The position numbers were made by a program, and so were the translations under genes. The notes under the pieces are model-generated. The model was not told the DNA's origin. It did no database searches and saw only the letters and a program-made list of their open reading frames with translations. Below, in pieces: positions 56,828-64,000 of a stretch of 64,000 nt of DNA; within the stretch, counting starts at the first letter, position 1, and every line of letters starts with the position of its first letter. Source of the DNA: an uncultured Candidatus Bathyarchaeia archaeon (GTDB lineage: Archaea; Thermoproteota; Bathyarchaeia; Bathyarchaeales; Bathycorpusculaceae). The stretch covers positions 3,189 to 67,188 of the forward strand of contig CAYHEV010000002.1 of NCBI GenBank assembly GCA_964355725.1, given 5' to 3'.

Positions 56828-59266
56828 TTAACCATCCGATAGTGCCTTTTCAAAAACCTTTCTAGCGTTTTCTATCTCTTCTGATGTAACGTTCTCAACT
56901 ATCGCTTTCATTTCTCTCACTTTATTAGCGAATCTTTCTCCTTCTGCTGCTGACGCCCAAAGTAACTGCAGTCTCTCTTTGTTCAATCCGTTTTGTTCCA
57001 TCTTCTTCCATAAACGCTCCACACGTTTCTGAGTTTGGTAGTTGGCGTTGATGTAGTGGCAATCCCCTAGATGACAGCCAGTAACCATTACGGCTGCTGC
57101 TCCTCTCGCAAACGCCCTTTCAACGAATTTCGGCGACACACGCCCGGAACACATAGTTCTGATTATACGAACATTAGGCGGATACTGCATTCTGCTGACT
57201 CCTGCAAAGTCTGCACCTGCATACGAGCACCAATTACAGCAAAAGGCCACAATCTTCTTGTCAGCATCATGTTCTGTCATGGCGTCTATTTGTGCAATGA
57301 TCTGTTCATCAGTAAAGTGGCTCTGGGTCAAAGCGCCAAAAGGACATTCTGCTGAACACGTCCCACATCCGCCGCACGCTGCCTCTATGATATTGATCTG
57401 CTTTGCCCCCTTGTTGAGGGTTATGGCATTGTACGGACAAACCTTGGTGCATAGTCCGCAAGCTTTGCATTTCTCAGGAAAAGCAATAGGCGTAATAGCT
57501 TCCACGGTCACCTTTCCCTTTGCCATCAGGATGCCTGCACGTGCTGCGGCAGCACTAGCTTGCGTCACGCTATCTTTGATGTCTTTCGGGGATTCGGCGC
57601 AACCTGCAAAGAACACGCCGCCTGTAGCAGCATCCACTGGTCTCAGTTTCGGATGGGCTTCCATGAAAAATCCATCTTGGTTTCTTGAAAGCGTCAGCAA
57701 GCGTTGGATGCTTTCGCTGTCCTTTCTTGCCTCTAGACCTACCGAAAGGATCGCCATGTCAACGCTTATCTTATAAAGTTCCTTCTGCAACGTATTTTCG
57801 CCGATGAGCCACAGATTGCGGGTTTTTCTGTCTTCCATTATTTCAGCTGTGAGTCCTCGAATGAATATGACGCCCGCTTTTCTTGCCCGTTTATAGAGAT
57901 CTTCGAAACCTTTTCCATACGCGCGTATGTCAACGTAGAACACGTAGATCTCAGTTTCAGGCCAATGTTCCTTGATAAGTAGGCTATCTTTAATCGTATT
58001 CATGCAGCAGACATTGCTGCAATATAATTTTCCGTTTCTGTCAGAGCGAGAACCGACACATTGAATGAACGCTACACGTTTGGGAATCTGCTTGTCACTT
58101 GGTCGTATTAGGTGTCCCCCGGATGGGCCGCCAGCGTTAATCAGTCTTTCAAATTCGAGTGACGTGATAACGTTTGGAAATTTACCATATCCATAGTTAG
58201 GCAAAGTTGACGGATCGAACACGTCTGCACCAGTAGCCACTATCACAGTGCCTACTTCAAGATCTACAGTTTCGGGTTTCATTTCAAAATTCACGGCTTG
58301 TCTTTCGCAGGCTCTCATACACTTGTCGCAAACAACTACGCCGTCTTTGTTGAGGCATAAGTTCATGTCTATTATGTATGTGGCTGGAACAGCTTGTGCG
58401 AATGGAGTATAAATGCCGTGTCTTGTGGCTAGGCCGACATCAAATTCATTTGGAACTGCGATTGGGCAGACTTTGGTGCATTCTCCACAAGCGGAACAAT
58501 CTTTTGTAACATACCGCGGTTTTCTAAGCACTTTAATATGGAAATTGCCTATGTATCCTTTTACTTCAGTGACTTCACTATTAGCTAAGAGTTCGATGTT
58601 TGGATGGTGCCCAACATCGGACATCTTGGGTGCCAGAATGCAGATGGAGCAGTCCATTGTTGGGAAGGTTTTGTCTATTCGCGCCATCATGCCGCCGATA
58701 CTGGGTTCTTTCTCAACGAGGTACACTTTATACCCAGTATCTGCAAGGTCTAGGGCAGCTTGAATGCCTGCTACTCCGCCTCCTATGATTAAGGCTCTTC
58801 GCGTTATAGGCACTTCAATTTCTTCGGCAGGTTCAAGCAAGGCAGCTTTAGCTGCAGCCATTTTCACAAGGTCTTTAGCCTTTTCCGTGGCGGCATCTCG
58901 GTCATATAAATGGACCCAACTGCAGTGTTCTCGTATGTTAGCCATCTCGAAAAGATACTTGTTTAATCCGGCGTCCTCGCATGCTTTTCTAAATGTTGGT
59001 TCATGTAGACGCGGGGAGCACGAAGCTACAACAACCCGATTGAGCCTCTGCTCTTTGATGTCTTTCTTGATTCCTTCCTGTCCTTGGTCGGAACAGGTGT
59101 ATCTGTTGTCTTGAGCCAAAACAACGTGTGGAAGTGTACTAGCGAATTTTGCAACTTGGGCGCAGTCCACAGAGCCTGCTATGTTTAGGCCACAGTGGCA
59201 CACATACACTCCAATACGAGGTTCTTCGCCTGCCTGCTTACGTTCAGATCCTCTATTTTCCGCCAT
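56828..59266 (-). CDS. hdrA: HdrA-like flavoprotein fused to a C-terminal MvhD domain
   Basis: 812 aa. IGVYVCHCGLNIAG N-domain, FAD motif IIGGGVAGIQAALDLA, and inserted and C-terminal ferredoxin motifs (CSACGECTKVCP, CKACGLCTKVCP, CGGCGTCSAECP). These are followed by the MvhD-like KIVAFCCNWCSYAGAD...RTMCSGRV...GCHLGDCHY. Confidence 0.85.
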   Translation of the reverse strand: MAENRGSERKQAGEEPRIGVYVCHCGLNIAGSVDCAQVAKFASTLPHVVLAQDNRYTCSDQGQEGIKKDIKEQRLNRVVVASCSPRLHEPTFRKACEDAGLNKYLFEMANIREHCSWVHLYDRDAATEKAKDLVKMAAAKAALLEPAEEIEVPITRRALIIGGGVAGIQAALDLADTGYKVYLVEKEPSIGGMMARIDKTFPTMDCSICILAPKMSDVGHHPNIELLANSEVTEVKGYIGNFHIKVLRKPRYVTKDCSACGECTKVCPIAVPNEFDVGLATRHGIYTPFAQAVPATYIIDMNLCLNKDGVVVCDKCMRACERQAVNFEMKPETVDLEVGTVIVATGADVFDPSTLPNYGYGKFPNVITSLEFERLINAGGPSGGHLIRPSDKQIPKRVAFIQCVGSRSDRNGKLYCSNVCCMNTIKDSLLIKEHWPETEIYVFYVDIRAYGKGFEDLYKRARKAGVIFIRGLTAEIMEDRKTRNLWLIGENTLQKELYKISVDMAILSVGLEARKDSESIQRLLTLSRNQDGFFMEAHPKLRPVDAATGGVFFAGCAESPKDIKDSVTQASAAAARAGILMAKGKVTVEAITPIAFPEKCKACGLCTKVCPYNAITLNKGAKQINIIEAACGGCGTCSAECPFGALTQSHFTDEQIIAQIDAMTEHDADKKIVAFCCNWCSYAGADFAGVSRMQYPPNVRIIRTMCSGRVSPKFVERAFARGAAAVMVTGCHLGDCHYINANYQTQKRVERLWKKMEQNGLNKERLQLLWASAAEGERFANKVREMKAIVENVTSEEIENARKVFEKALSDG

Positions 59267-59267
59267 T

Positions 59268-60740
59268 TCATTGTCCTCCTAAAGATTCCAAGTGATTCTC
59301 GATCGACTCTGCGGCGCATTTTCCAGCTCGGATCGCTTCAATTACCGTTGCTGGGCCTGTCACTACATCGCCGCCGGCAAAAACTCCTTTAAGAGTGGTT
59401 TCCATGGTTATGGGATTAACCCAGATCGTTCCATCTTCATTCAACTCAATCTCCTTTGGCAAGAACTCCAAATCTGGAGCTTCACCTATAGCAAGAATAA
59501 CCCTGTCAGTTTCTCGTGTAAACTCCGACCCTTCTATTGGAATGGCTTTTCTTCTTCCAGTTTCGTCTGGTTCGTCCAGCTTCATACGCACACACTCGAT
59601 AGCGGAAATCTTCCCGTTTTCTTCAAGAAACTTTTTCGGCGAAACCAAAAACTCGATTTTCACACCTTCATTTTCAGCTTCTTTAACCTCCCACGGAATT
59701 GCAGGCATCTCATCTCTTGATCTTCGATACAGTATGGTCACTTTTTTTGCTCCAAGCTTCAAGGCGGTTTTTGCCGCATCCATAGCAACATTTCCGCCAC
59801 CAATTACGACAACATTTTTTCCAACGCCAACTTCTTCCCCGGAGTTGATACTCCACAAGAAGTCAAGAGCATGGATTACACCTTTCGATTCTCCGCCTTC
59901 AATCTTCAGTCTCTGGTTTTTATGTGCACCAACACCAACAAAAACAGCCTTATACCCTTCCCTCCAGAGATCTTTGAAATTGAGGTCTCTGCCAATTGTT
60001 ACACCAGTTTTTATTTCCACGCCTAAATCACTTAAGAGCTTGATTTCCTTGTCTAAAACTTCTCTTGACAAACGATAACTGGGTATGCATTTTCGCAGCA
60101 TCCCACCAGCCTCTGGCAAGTTTTCAAAAACAGTGACGCCATACCCTTTGCGGCTTAGCTCATATGCAACTGTCAGTCCGGCGGGACCAGCACCTATTAC
60201 GGCAATCTTTCCTTCAGGAACTTTTTGTGCTCGCTTAGTTTTTTCGTTTTTTAGATGTTCTTCATACATTTTTGTAAGTTTTTCCAAGACTTTGTCCTTG
60301 TCTTGTCCTGCACGTTCTGGATGAAAACAGACGATTGTTGTTGTAAGTGGCAGAGGAATGTTTTCTGCGATCTTCTGAAGGACACTTTCAAAAGACTTTG
60401 GATGGTCTCCTTCTGCGGCAATTGTTCGAACGAAAAGAAAAATTTCGGGCAACTTTAGAGCTTGGGGACAATGTTTTTGGCATCGATAGCACCATGCGCA
60501 GAGCCACAGTTCATCGGAAGTCAAGACGCTCTCGGAGTTTAGGAAGATTCTTTCAAGTAGGTTTCTTGGGTTGTAGTTGTTTTTCATCAGTTCTGACATG
60601 GGGCAGCTGGCTGTGCAGATTCCGCATTCAAAGCAGTATTTGAGTCGGTCAGCGTCCAAAAGTTTTTCAATGTCTTCCTTGGAGATTGTTGGTTTTGCTG
60701 TTCCCAAGTCTTCGGCCTCTTTAATATTGGGGTTTCCCAC
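59268..60740 (-). CDS. HdrC-like 2x[4Fe-4S] domain fused to a GltD/NfnB-like NAD(P)H:FAD oxidoreductase
   Basis: 490 aa. CFECGICTASCP and CAWCYRCQKHCP, then two dinucleotide folds IAVIGAGPAGLTVAYEL and VVVIGGGNVAMDAA. The GTG start at 60740 is uncertain. The stop lies 1 nt before the hdrA ATG. Confidence 0.75.
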   Translation of the reverse strand: MGNPNIKEAEDLGTAKPTISKEDIEKLLDADRLKYCFECGICTASCPMSELMKNNYNPRNLLERIFLNSESVLTSDELWLCAWCYRCQKHCPQALKLPEIFLFVRTIAAEGDHPKSFESVLQKIAENIPLPLTTTIVCFHPERAGQDKDKVLEKLTKMYEEHLKNEKTKRAQKVPEGKIAVIGAGPAGLTVAYELSRKGYGVTVFENLPEAGGMLRKCIPSYRLSREVLDKEIKLLSDLGVEIKTGVTIGRDLNFKDLWREGYKAVFVGVGAHKNQRLKIEGGESKGVIHALDFLWSINSGEEVGVGKNVVVIGGGNVAMDAAKTALKLGAKKVTILYRRSRDEMPAIPWEVKEAENEGVKIEFLVSPKKFLEENGKISAIECVRMKLDEPDETGRRKAIPIEGSEFTRETDRVILAIGEAPDLEFLPKEIELNEDGTIWVNPITMETTLKGVFAGGDVVTGPATVIEAIRAGKCAAESIENHLESLGGQ

Positions 60741-60852
60741 AAATATAAAAGTTTACAAACGTAAAGATTTTGAAGAGACAGACAAAAAAACAATGTTTTA
60801 ATTATAGTTTTTATAGATTCGAACGCAATAAAGCATGAGACAATAGGGATGA

Positions 60853-61899
60853 GTGGTTGTGGGAAAAGTGAAAGTTGTTTCCTATGGAGTCGGCGCTGTA
60901 GGAAGTATGATTGCAAGGTTTCTGCTTGAAAAAGAGGGCGTAGATTTGGTAGGTGCGATTGACATAGCGAAAGACAAAGTGGGCAAAGATCTTGGTGAAG
61001 TATTGGGTTTGGAGAAAAAGCTTGGAATAACGGTTTCAGGGGATGTGGGCTCTTTGCTTTCAGAAGAGCCTGATATTGTCATCCATGCAACTGCATCTTA
61101 CTTAAAAGACACGTTTCCACAGATTGCTTCAATCATAAAACATGGAATCAACGTAATATCCACATGCGAAGAATTGTCGTATCCCTATACCGCTGAGCCT
61201 AAACTTGCCGAGAAACTTGATTCACTGGCAAAAAAGCATGATGCAACAGTTTTGGGTACAGGCATAAACCCCGGTTTTCTTATGGACACCCTTGTAATAA
61301 CACTCACCGCTCCATGCCAGAAAATTGAGAGGATCCAAGCAGTCAGAATAATGAATGCCGCTACACGACGAGTGCCGTTCCAGAAAAAGATAGGCGCCGG
61401 TCTGTCAGTTGAAGAGTTTAAAGAGAAAATCGAAAAGAAACAGATCACTGGGCATGTGGGACTTGAACAATCAATCGCCATGATAGCGGGCGCTTTGGCG
61501 TGGAAACTTGACTGTATAATCACTGAACCAGTCGAACCAATAATAGCGAAAAGGCCGGTCAGAAGCAAAGATATAAGAGTCAAGGCAGGCCAAGCGGCTG
61601 GTCTGAGACAAAAGGCAAAAGGAATAATCAGGAACAAAACTGTCTTAAGCCTAGATTTTCAAGCATACATAGGTGCCGAGGAAGAATGTGATATCATAAC
61701 AATCGAAGGCGTTCCAAACATTAGACAGAAGATCCAGCCATGTGTCCATGGCGATGTAGGCACGGTTGCAATGGTTGTCAACTCGATTCCAAAGGTAATT
61801 AATGCACCACCGGGGTTACTTACAATGAAGGATTTGCCAGTACCATCCGCCGCTATAGTAGACATGCAAAAATATGTTTCAGAATGGGAAGATCATTGA
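60853..61899 (+). CDS. DapB-N-like NAD(P)-dependent dehydrogenase (2,4-diaminopentanoate/amine dehydrogenase-like)
   Basis: 348 aa. N-terminal Rossmann VVSYGVGAVGSMIARFLLEK. The overall layout resembles the dihydrodipicolinate-reductase-like amine dehydrogenase family. Specificity is unknown. Confidence 0.5.
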   Translation: MVVGKVKVVSYGVGAVGSMIARFLLEKEGVDLVGAIDIAKDKVGKDLGEVLGLEKKLGITVSGDVGSLLSEEPDIVIHATASYLKDTFPQIASIIKHGINVISTCEELSYPYTAEPKLAEKLDSLAKKHDATVLGTGINPGFLMDTLVITLTAPCQKIERIQAVRIMNAATRRVPFQKKIGAGLSVEEFKEKIEKKQITGHVGLEQSIAMIAGALAWKLDCIITEPVEPIIAKRPVRSKDIRVKAGQAAGLRQKAKGIIRNKTVLSLDFQAYIGAEEECDIITIEGVPNIRQKIQPCVHGDVGTVAMVVNSIPKVINAPPGLLTMKDLPVPSAAIVDMQKYVSEWEDH

Positions 61900-62374
61900 C
61901 TCAGTGATCAACGTGAAAGCCCAAGCTGGTGTTCACGAAAAAGGAACAATCTCCCTCATAGATATTATAGACAATGTGAAAAACAAGGAGAGTTTTCGAA
62001 AGGCTGGAGCCATTGCCACGTTCATTGGTGTAGTACGTGGTGAAACAGTGAAAGGTGAAAAGGTTCAGGCGCTGGAGTTGGAAGCGTACGAAGAGAAAGC
62101 AAATGATACACTTACAAAAATCTGTGGCGATCTAAAGAATAGACAAGGCATAGTTGATGTGCAGATTCATCATCTACTGGGCAATTTCAGAGTCGGCGAA
62201 GATTTGGTGTATGTTCTGGTTGCAGGTTCTCACCGCAAGGATGTTTTTCCAGTCTTGAAGGAAGCTGTAGAGAGGTACAAGAAAGAAGCGCCTATTTTCA
62301 AGAAAGAACAAATTACGTGTAAAAACGGAAGAACAAACGCCTATTGGATAGAAGAAGGCGGAAATGGCTTGTGA
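61874..62374 (+). CDS. moaE: Molybdopterin synthase catalytic subunit MoaE
   Basis: 166 aa. GAIATFIGVVRGE...LELEAYEE...IHHLLG.FRVGE...VAGSHRKD.F...KKEAPIFKKE pattern. Confidence 0.8.
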   Translation: MFQNGKIIDSVINVKAQAGVHEKGTISLIDIIDNVKNKESFRKAGAIATFIGVVRGETVKGEKVQALELEAYEEKANDTLTKICGDLKNRQGIVDVQIHHLLGNFRVGEDLVYVLVAGSHRKDVFPVLKEAVERYKKEAPIFKKEQITCKNGRTNAYWIEEGGNGL

Positions 62375-62383
62375 AGCGCCTTT

Positions 62384-63001
62384 TCACCATTTGTCGATAT
62401 GAATCTTCTCAGACGATGATACTGTTTTCTGTTCCACCTCGTAAGGTTTTGCGTAACCTATGGGAATGAGGACGGCTATTTCGTAGTCGCTTGGGACACG
62501 AAGTGTTTCCCTGAGAGATGATGTTTCAGATGGCACGTAGGTTACGCCATACAATCCTTCTGCAGCCATCGCAAGCAGTATGTTCTCAATGCAAGCCCAT
62601 GCAGAAGCAAAATTGTTCAAGTCATAGAGTGTTTGGCACTCTTTAAGCTGCTTTCTCATTCTGAAACATACCACAAGTAGTTCTGGCGAACTCAGTAACA
62701 TTCTTTTCTGAACAGGCAACGCCTTGAGATACATTTTTTTCTGCAGACTGTCCGATAAACTTCTAGTGGTCTCCTCGAGTTTCTTCTTCTCTGTTGTGTC
62801 CTCTGCTTTTGCTCCTGTTTCCACCACTCTTTTGCGCTGTTCGAGATCTCTTAACAGGATAAACTCCCATTCTCTAAGATGATTGTGGCTTGGTGCTTTC
62901 AATCCAGCGGTAAGAACTCGCAGGAGTTTCTCGTTTTCAACTGTTTTTGGTTCGAATTCTCTTACACTTCTTCTCCTACTGACGGCTTCATAGAAATCCA
63001 T
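62384..63001 (-). CDS. Nitroreductase family protein
   Basis: 205 aa. MDFYEAVSRRRSVREF N-terminus typical of the family. Confidence 0.8.
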   Translation of the reverse strand: MDFYEAVSRRRSVREFEPKTVENEKLLRVLTAGLKAPSHNHLREWEFILLRDLEQRKRVVETGAKAEDTTEKKKLEETTRSLSDSLQKKMYLKALPVQKRMLLSSPELLVVCFRMRKQLKECQTLYDLNNFASAWACIENILLAMAAEGLYGVTYVPSETSSLRETLRVPSDYEIAVLIPIGYAKPYEVEQKTVSSSEKIHIDKW

Positions 63002-63130
63002 CTATTGTACACTTCCGCGCGCAATACCGTTATTCAGCTATATAAATCACCTGCTGATTTAATGATCTGAAAGTTTGATCTTACGTGTAGTTTCAAATGC
63101 ATCTGAATGACTAGCATAGCGGAGGGCGGG

Positions 63131-63946
63131 TCAGATTTCAAACTTCTCCAATATTTTCCGCTCTTTTTCTCCAGTTATCTCGGCGACAACGTGAATGTAG
63201 TCCTTAAGCCCTGAATTCTCAATGCGAGGTTTCAGCAACTGGTCGATCTGAAAAATACCTGCGGGATTGGACATTGTGATATTCACTGTGACTGGTTTCT
63301 TGTCGCCTTCTTGGATGTTTACTTTCTCAATTGAAAGTGCGGAAACAGAATGAATATCTACTTTTCCAGTTTGGAAAGGTATTCGTGCTCTTCCTCTTTC
63401 CATGTCTAGGGCGTCTGCGATACGTACGATGCCTGCTTCTATGGTCAAGGGCTTGCGCGGTTCTTCATGAGAGACTATCGAATGTAGGGTTTCAGAAGAA
63501 ATTATCGTCCGCTCTTCCTCGGAGTAAATATCCCTCAGAAACTCTTCAATGAAACCCGAAGCTAGCAACGTGCTGTATAGCTCATGTCCATCTCTTGTTA
63601 CCGTCATTCCCAAATCATGAAAAATGGAGCCGAGCACTACGACAACTTCAGCGTCTTCGTTCTTCATTCTGTAGTTCTTAACGATGCTTGGGACAACATC
63701 TTTCTCAACTAGTAGTCTCAGCAGTTTTAGTGCAGAATTTGCCACGATTTTGACATGTGTAGGACCATGGTCGGTGTAGCCCATACGATCGATCGCCATT
63801 ATATTCGAACATTTCCACAGTGTCTTTAGCTTCACGTCTCTTTTGGCTCTGTTGATAACGTGCTCCAGCTTTTTGTTGCCTCGGAACGGTATGTTGAAAA
63901 CAAACGTTGCCATTTCAGCACACTTGCTAAAGATTCCTTGTGTCAA
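63131..63946 (-). CDS. HD-domain metal-dependent phosphohydrolase
   Basis: 271 aa. GPTHVKIVAN ... GSIFHDLGM provides the H...HD motif. Confidence 0.7.
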   Translation of the reverse strand: MTQGIFSKCAEMATFVFNIPFRGNKKLEHVINRAKRDVKLKTLWKCSNIMAIDRMGYTDHGPTHVKIVANSALKLLRLLVEKDVVPSIVKNYRMKNEDAEVVVVLGSIFHDLGMTVTRDGHELYSTLLASGFIEEFLRDIYSEEERTIISSETLHSIVSHEEPRKPLTIEAGIVRIADALDMERGRARIPFQTGKVDIHSVSALSIEKVNIQEGDKKPVTVNITMSNPAGIFQIDQLLKPRIENSGLKDYIHVVAEITGEKERKILEKFEI

Positions 63947-64000
63947 GATTTAAATCATTTGAGTCACGGCTACGATTACAAGGTCTCTATTACTTACCGC

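Noticed and set aside
63058-63115. Possible C/D-box sRNA (AATGATCTGA ... CTGA) in the nitroreductase/HD gene gap.
   Set aside because: The C box is not RUGAUGA. I could not place D' or C' boxes at the expected spacing, and there is no terminal stem.

Overview
This 64-kb window is a gene-dense archaeal chromosomal core region of about 75 genes with short or overlapping junctions. I found no rRNA, CRISPR array, transposase or integrase. Lineage markers are both PolD subunits (DP1, DP2), Orc1/Cdc6, Alba, Elf1, Sec61-beta, ribosomal proteins S3Ae and S15, KEOPS subunits, proteasome beta and GGGP synthase. Elf1 together with PolD and ferredoxin-dependent anaerobic enzymes suggests a non-crenarchaeal TACK archaeon, possibly Bathyarchaeia-like; that placement is inference only.

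Main non-routine content:
1. A very likely chromosomal replication origin lies in the 805-bp gap upstream of orc1/cdc6. It has four ORB-type boxes (TTCCAGTGGAA-like core plus a GGGGTG string). One inverted pair brackets a stretch of about 28% G+C. Dense TTCACA and TGTGAT/ATCACA short-repeat arrays flank it.
2. A tightly coupled six-gene minus-strand operon joins a four-subunit 2-oxoacid:ferredoxin oxidoreductase (korDABG order) to an HdrA-MvhD fusion and an HdrC-like/GltD-like NAD(P)H flavoprotein. No HdrB or hydrogenase gene is present. It is a candidate flavin-based electron bifurcating or confurcating module.
3. A tRNA-Ser(CGA) carries an intron of about 40 nt in the anticodon loop.
4. Smaller items: a decayed GNAT pseudogene, a sub-threshold Sec61-beta gene, a Cys-rich ORF that seems to need a non-canonical start codon, a large VGG-repeat bactofilin-like protein, a TFE-beta/RPC34-like winged-helix FeS protein, and a stand-alone nitrilase-family gene next to single-domain nadE.

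All calls come from reading the ORF translations and the DNA by eye. No searches were run.
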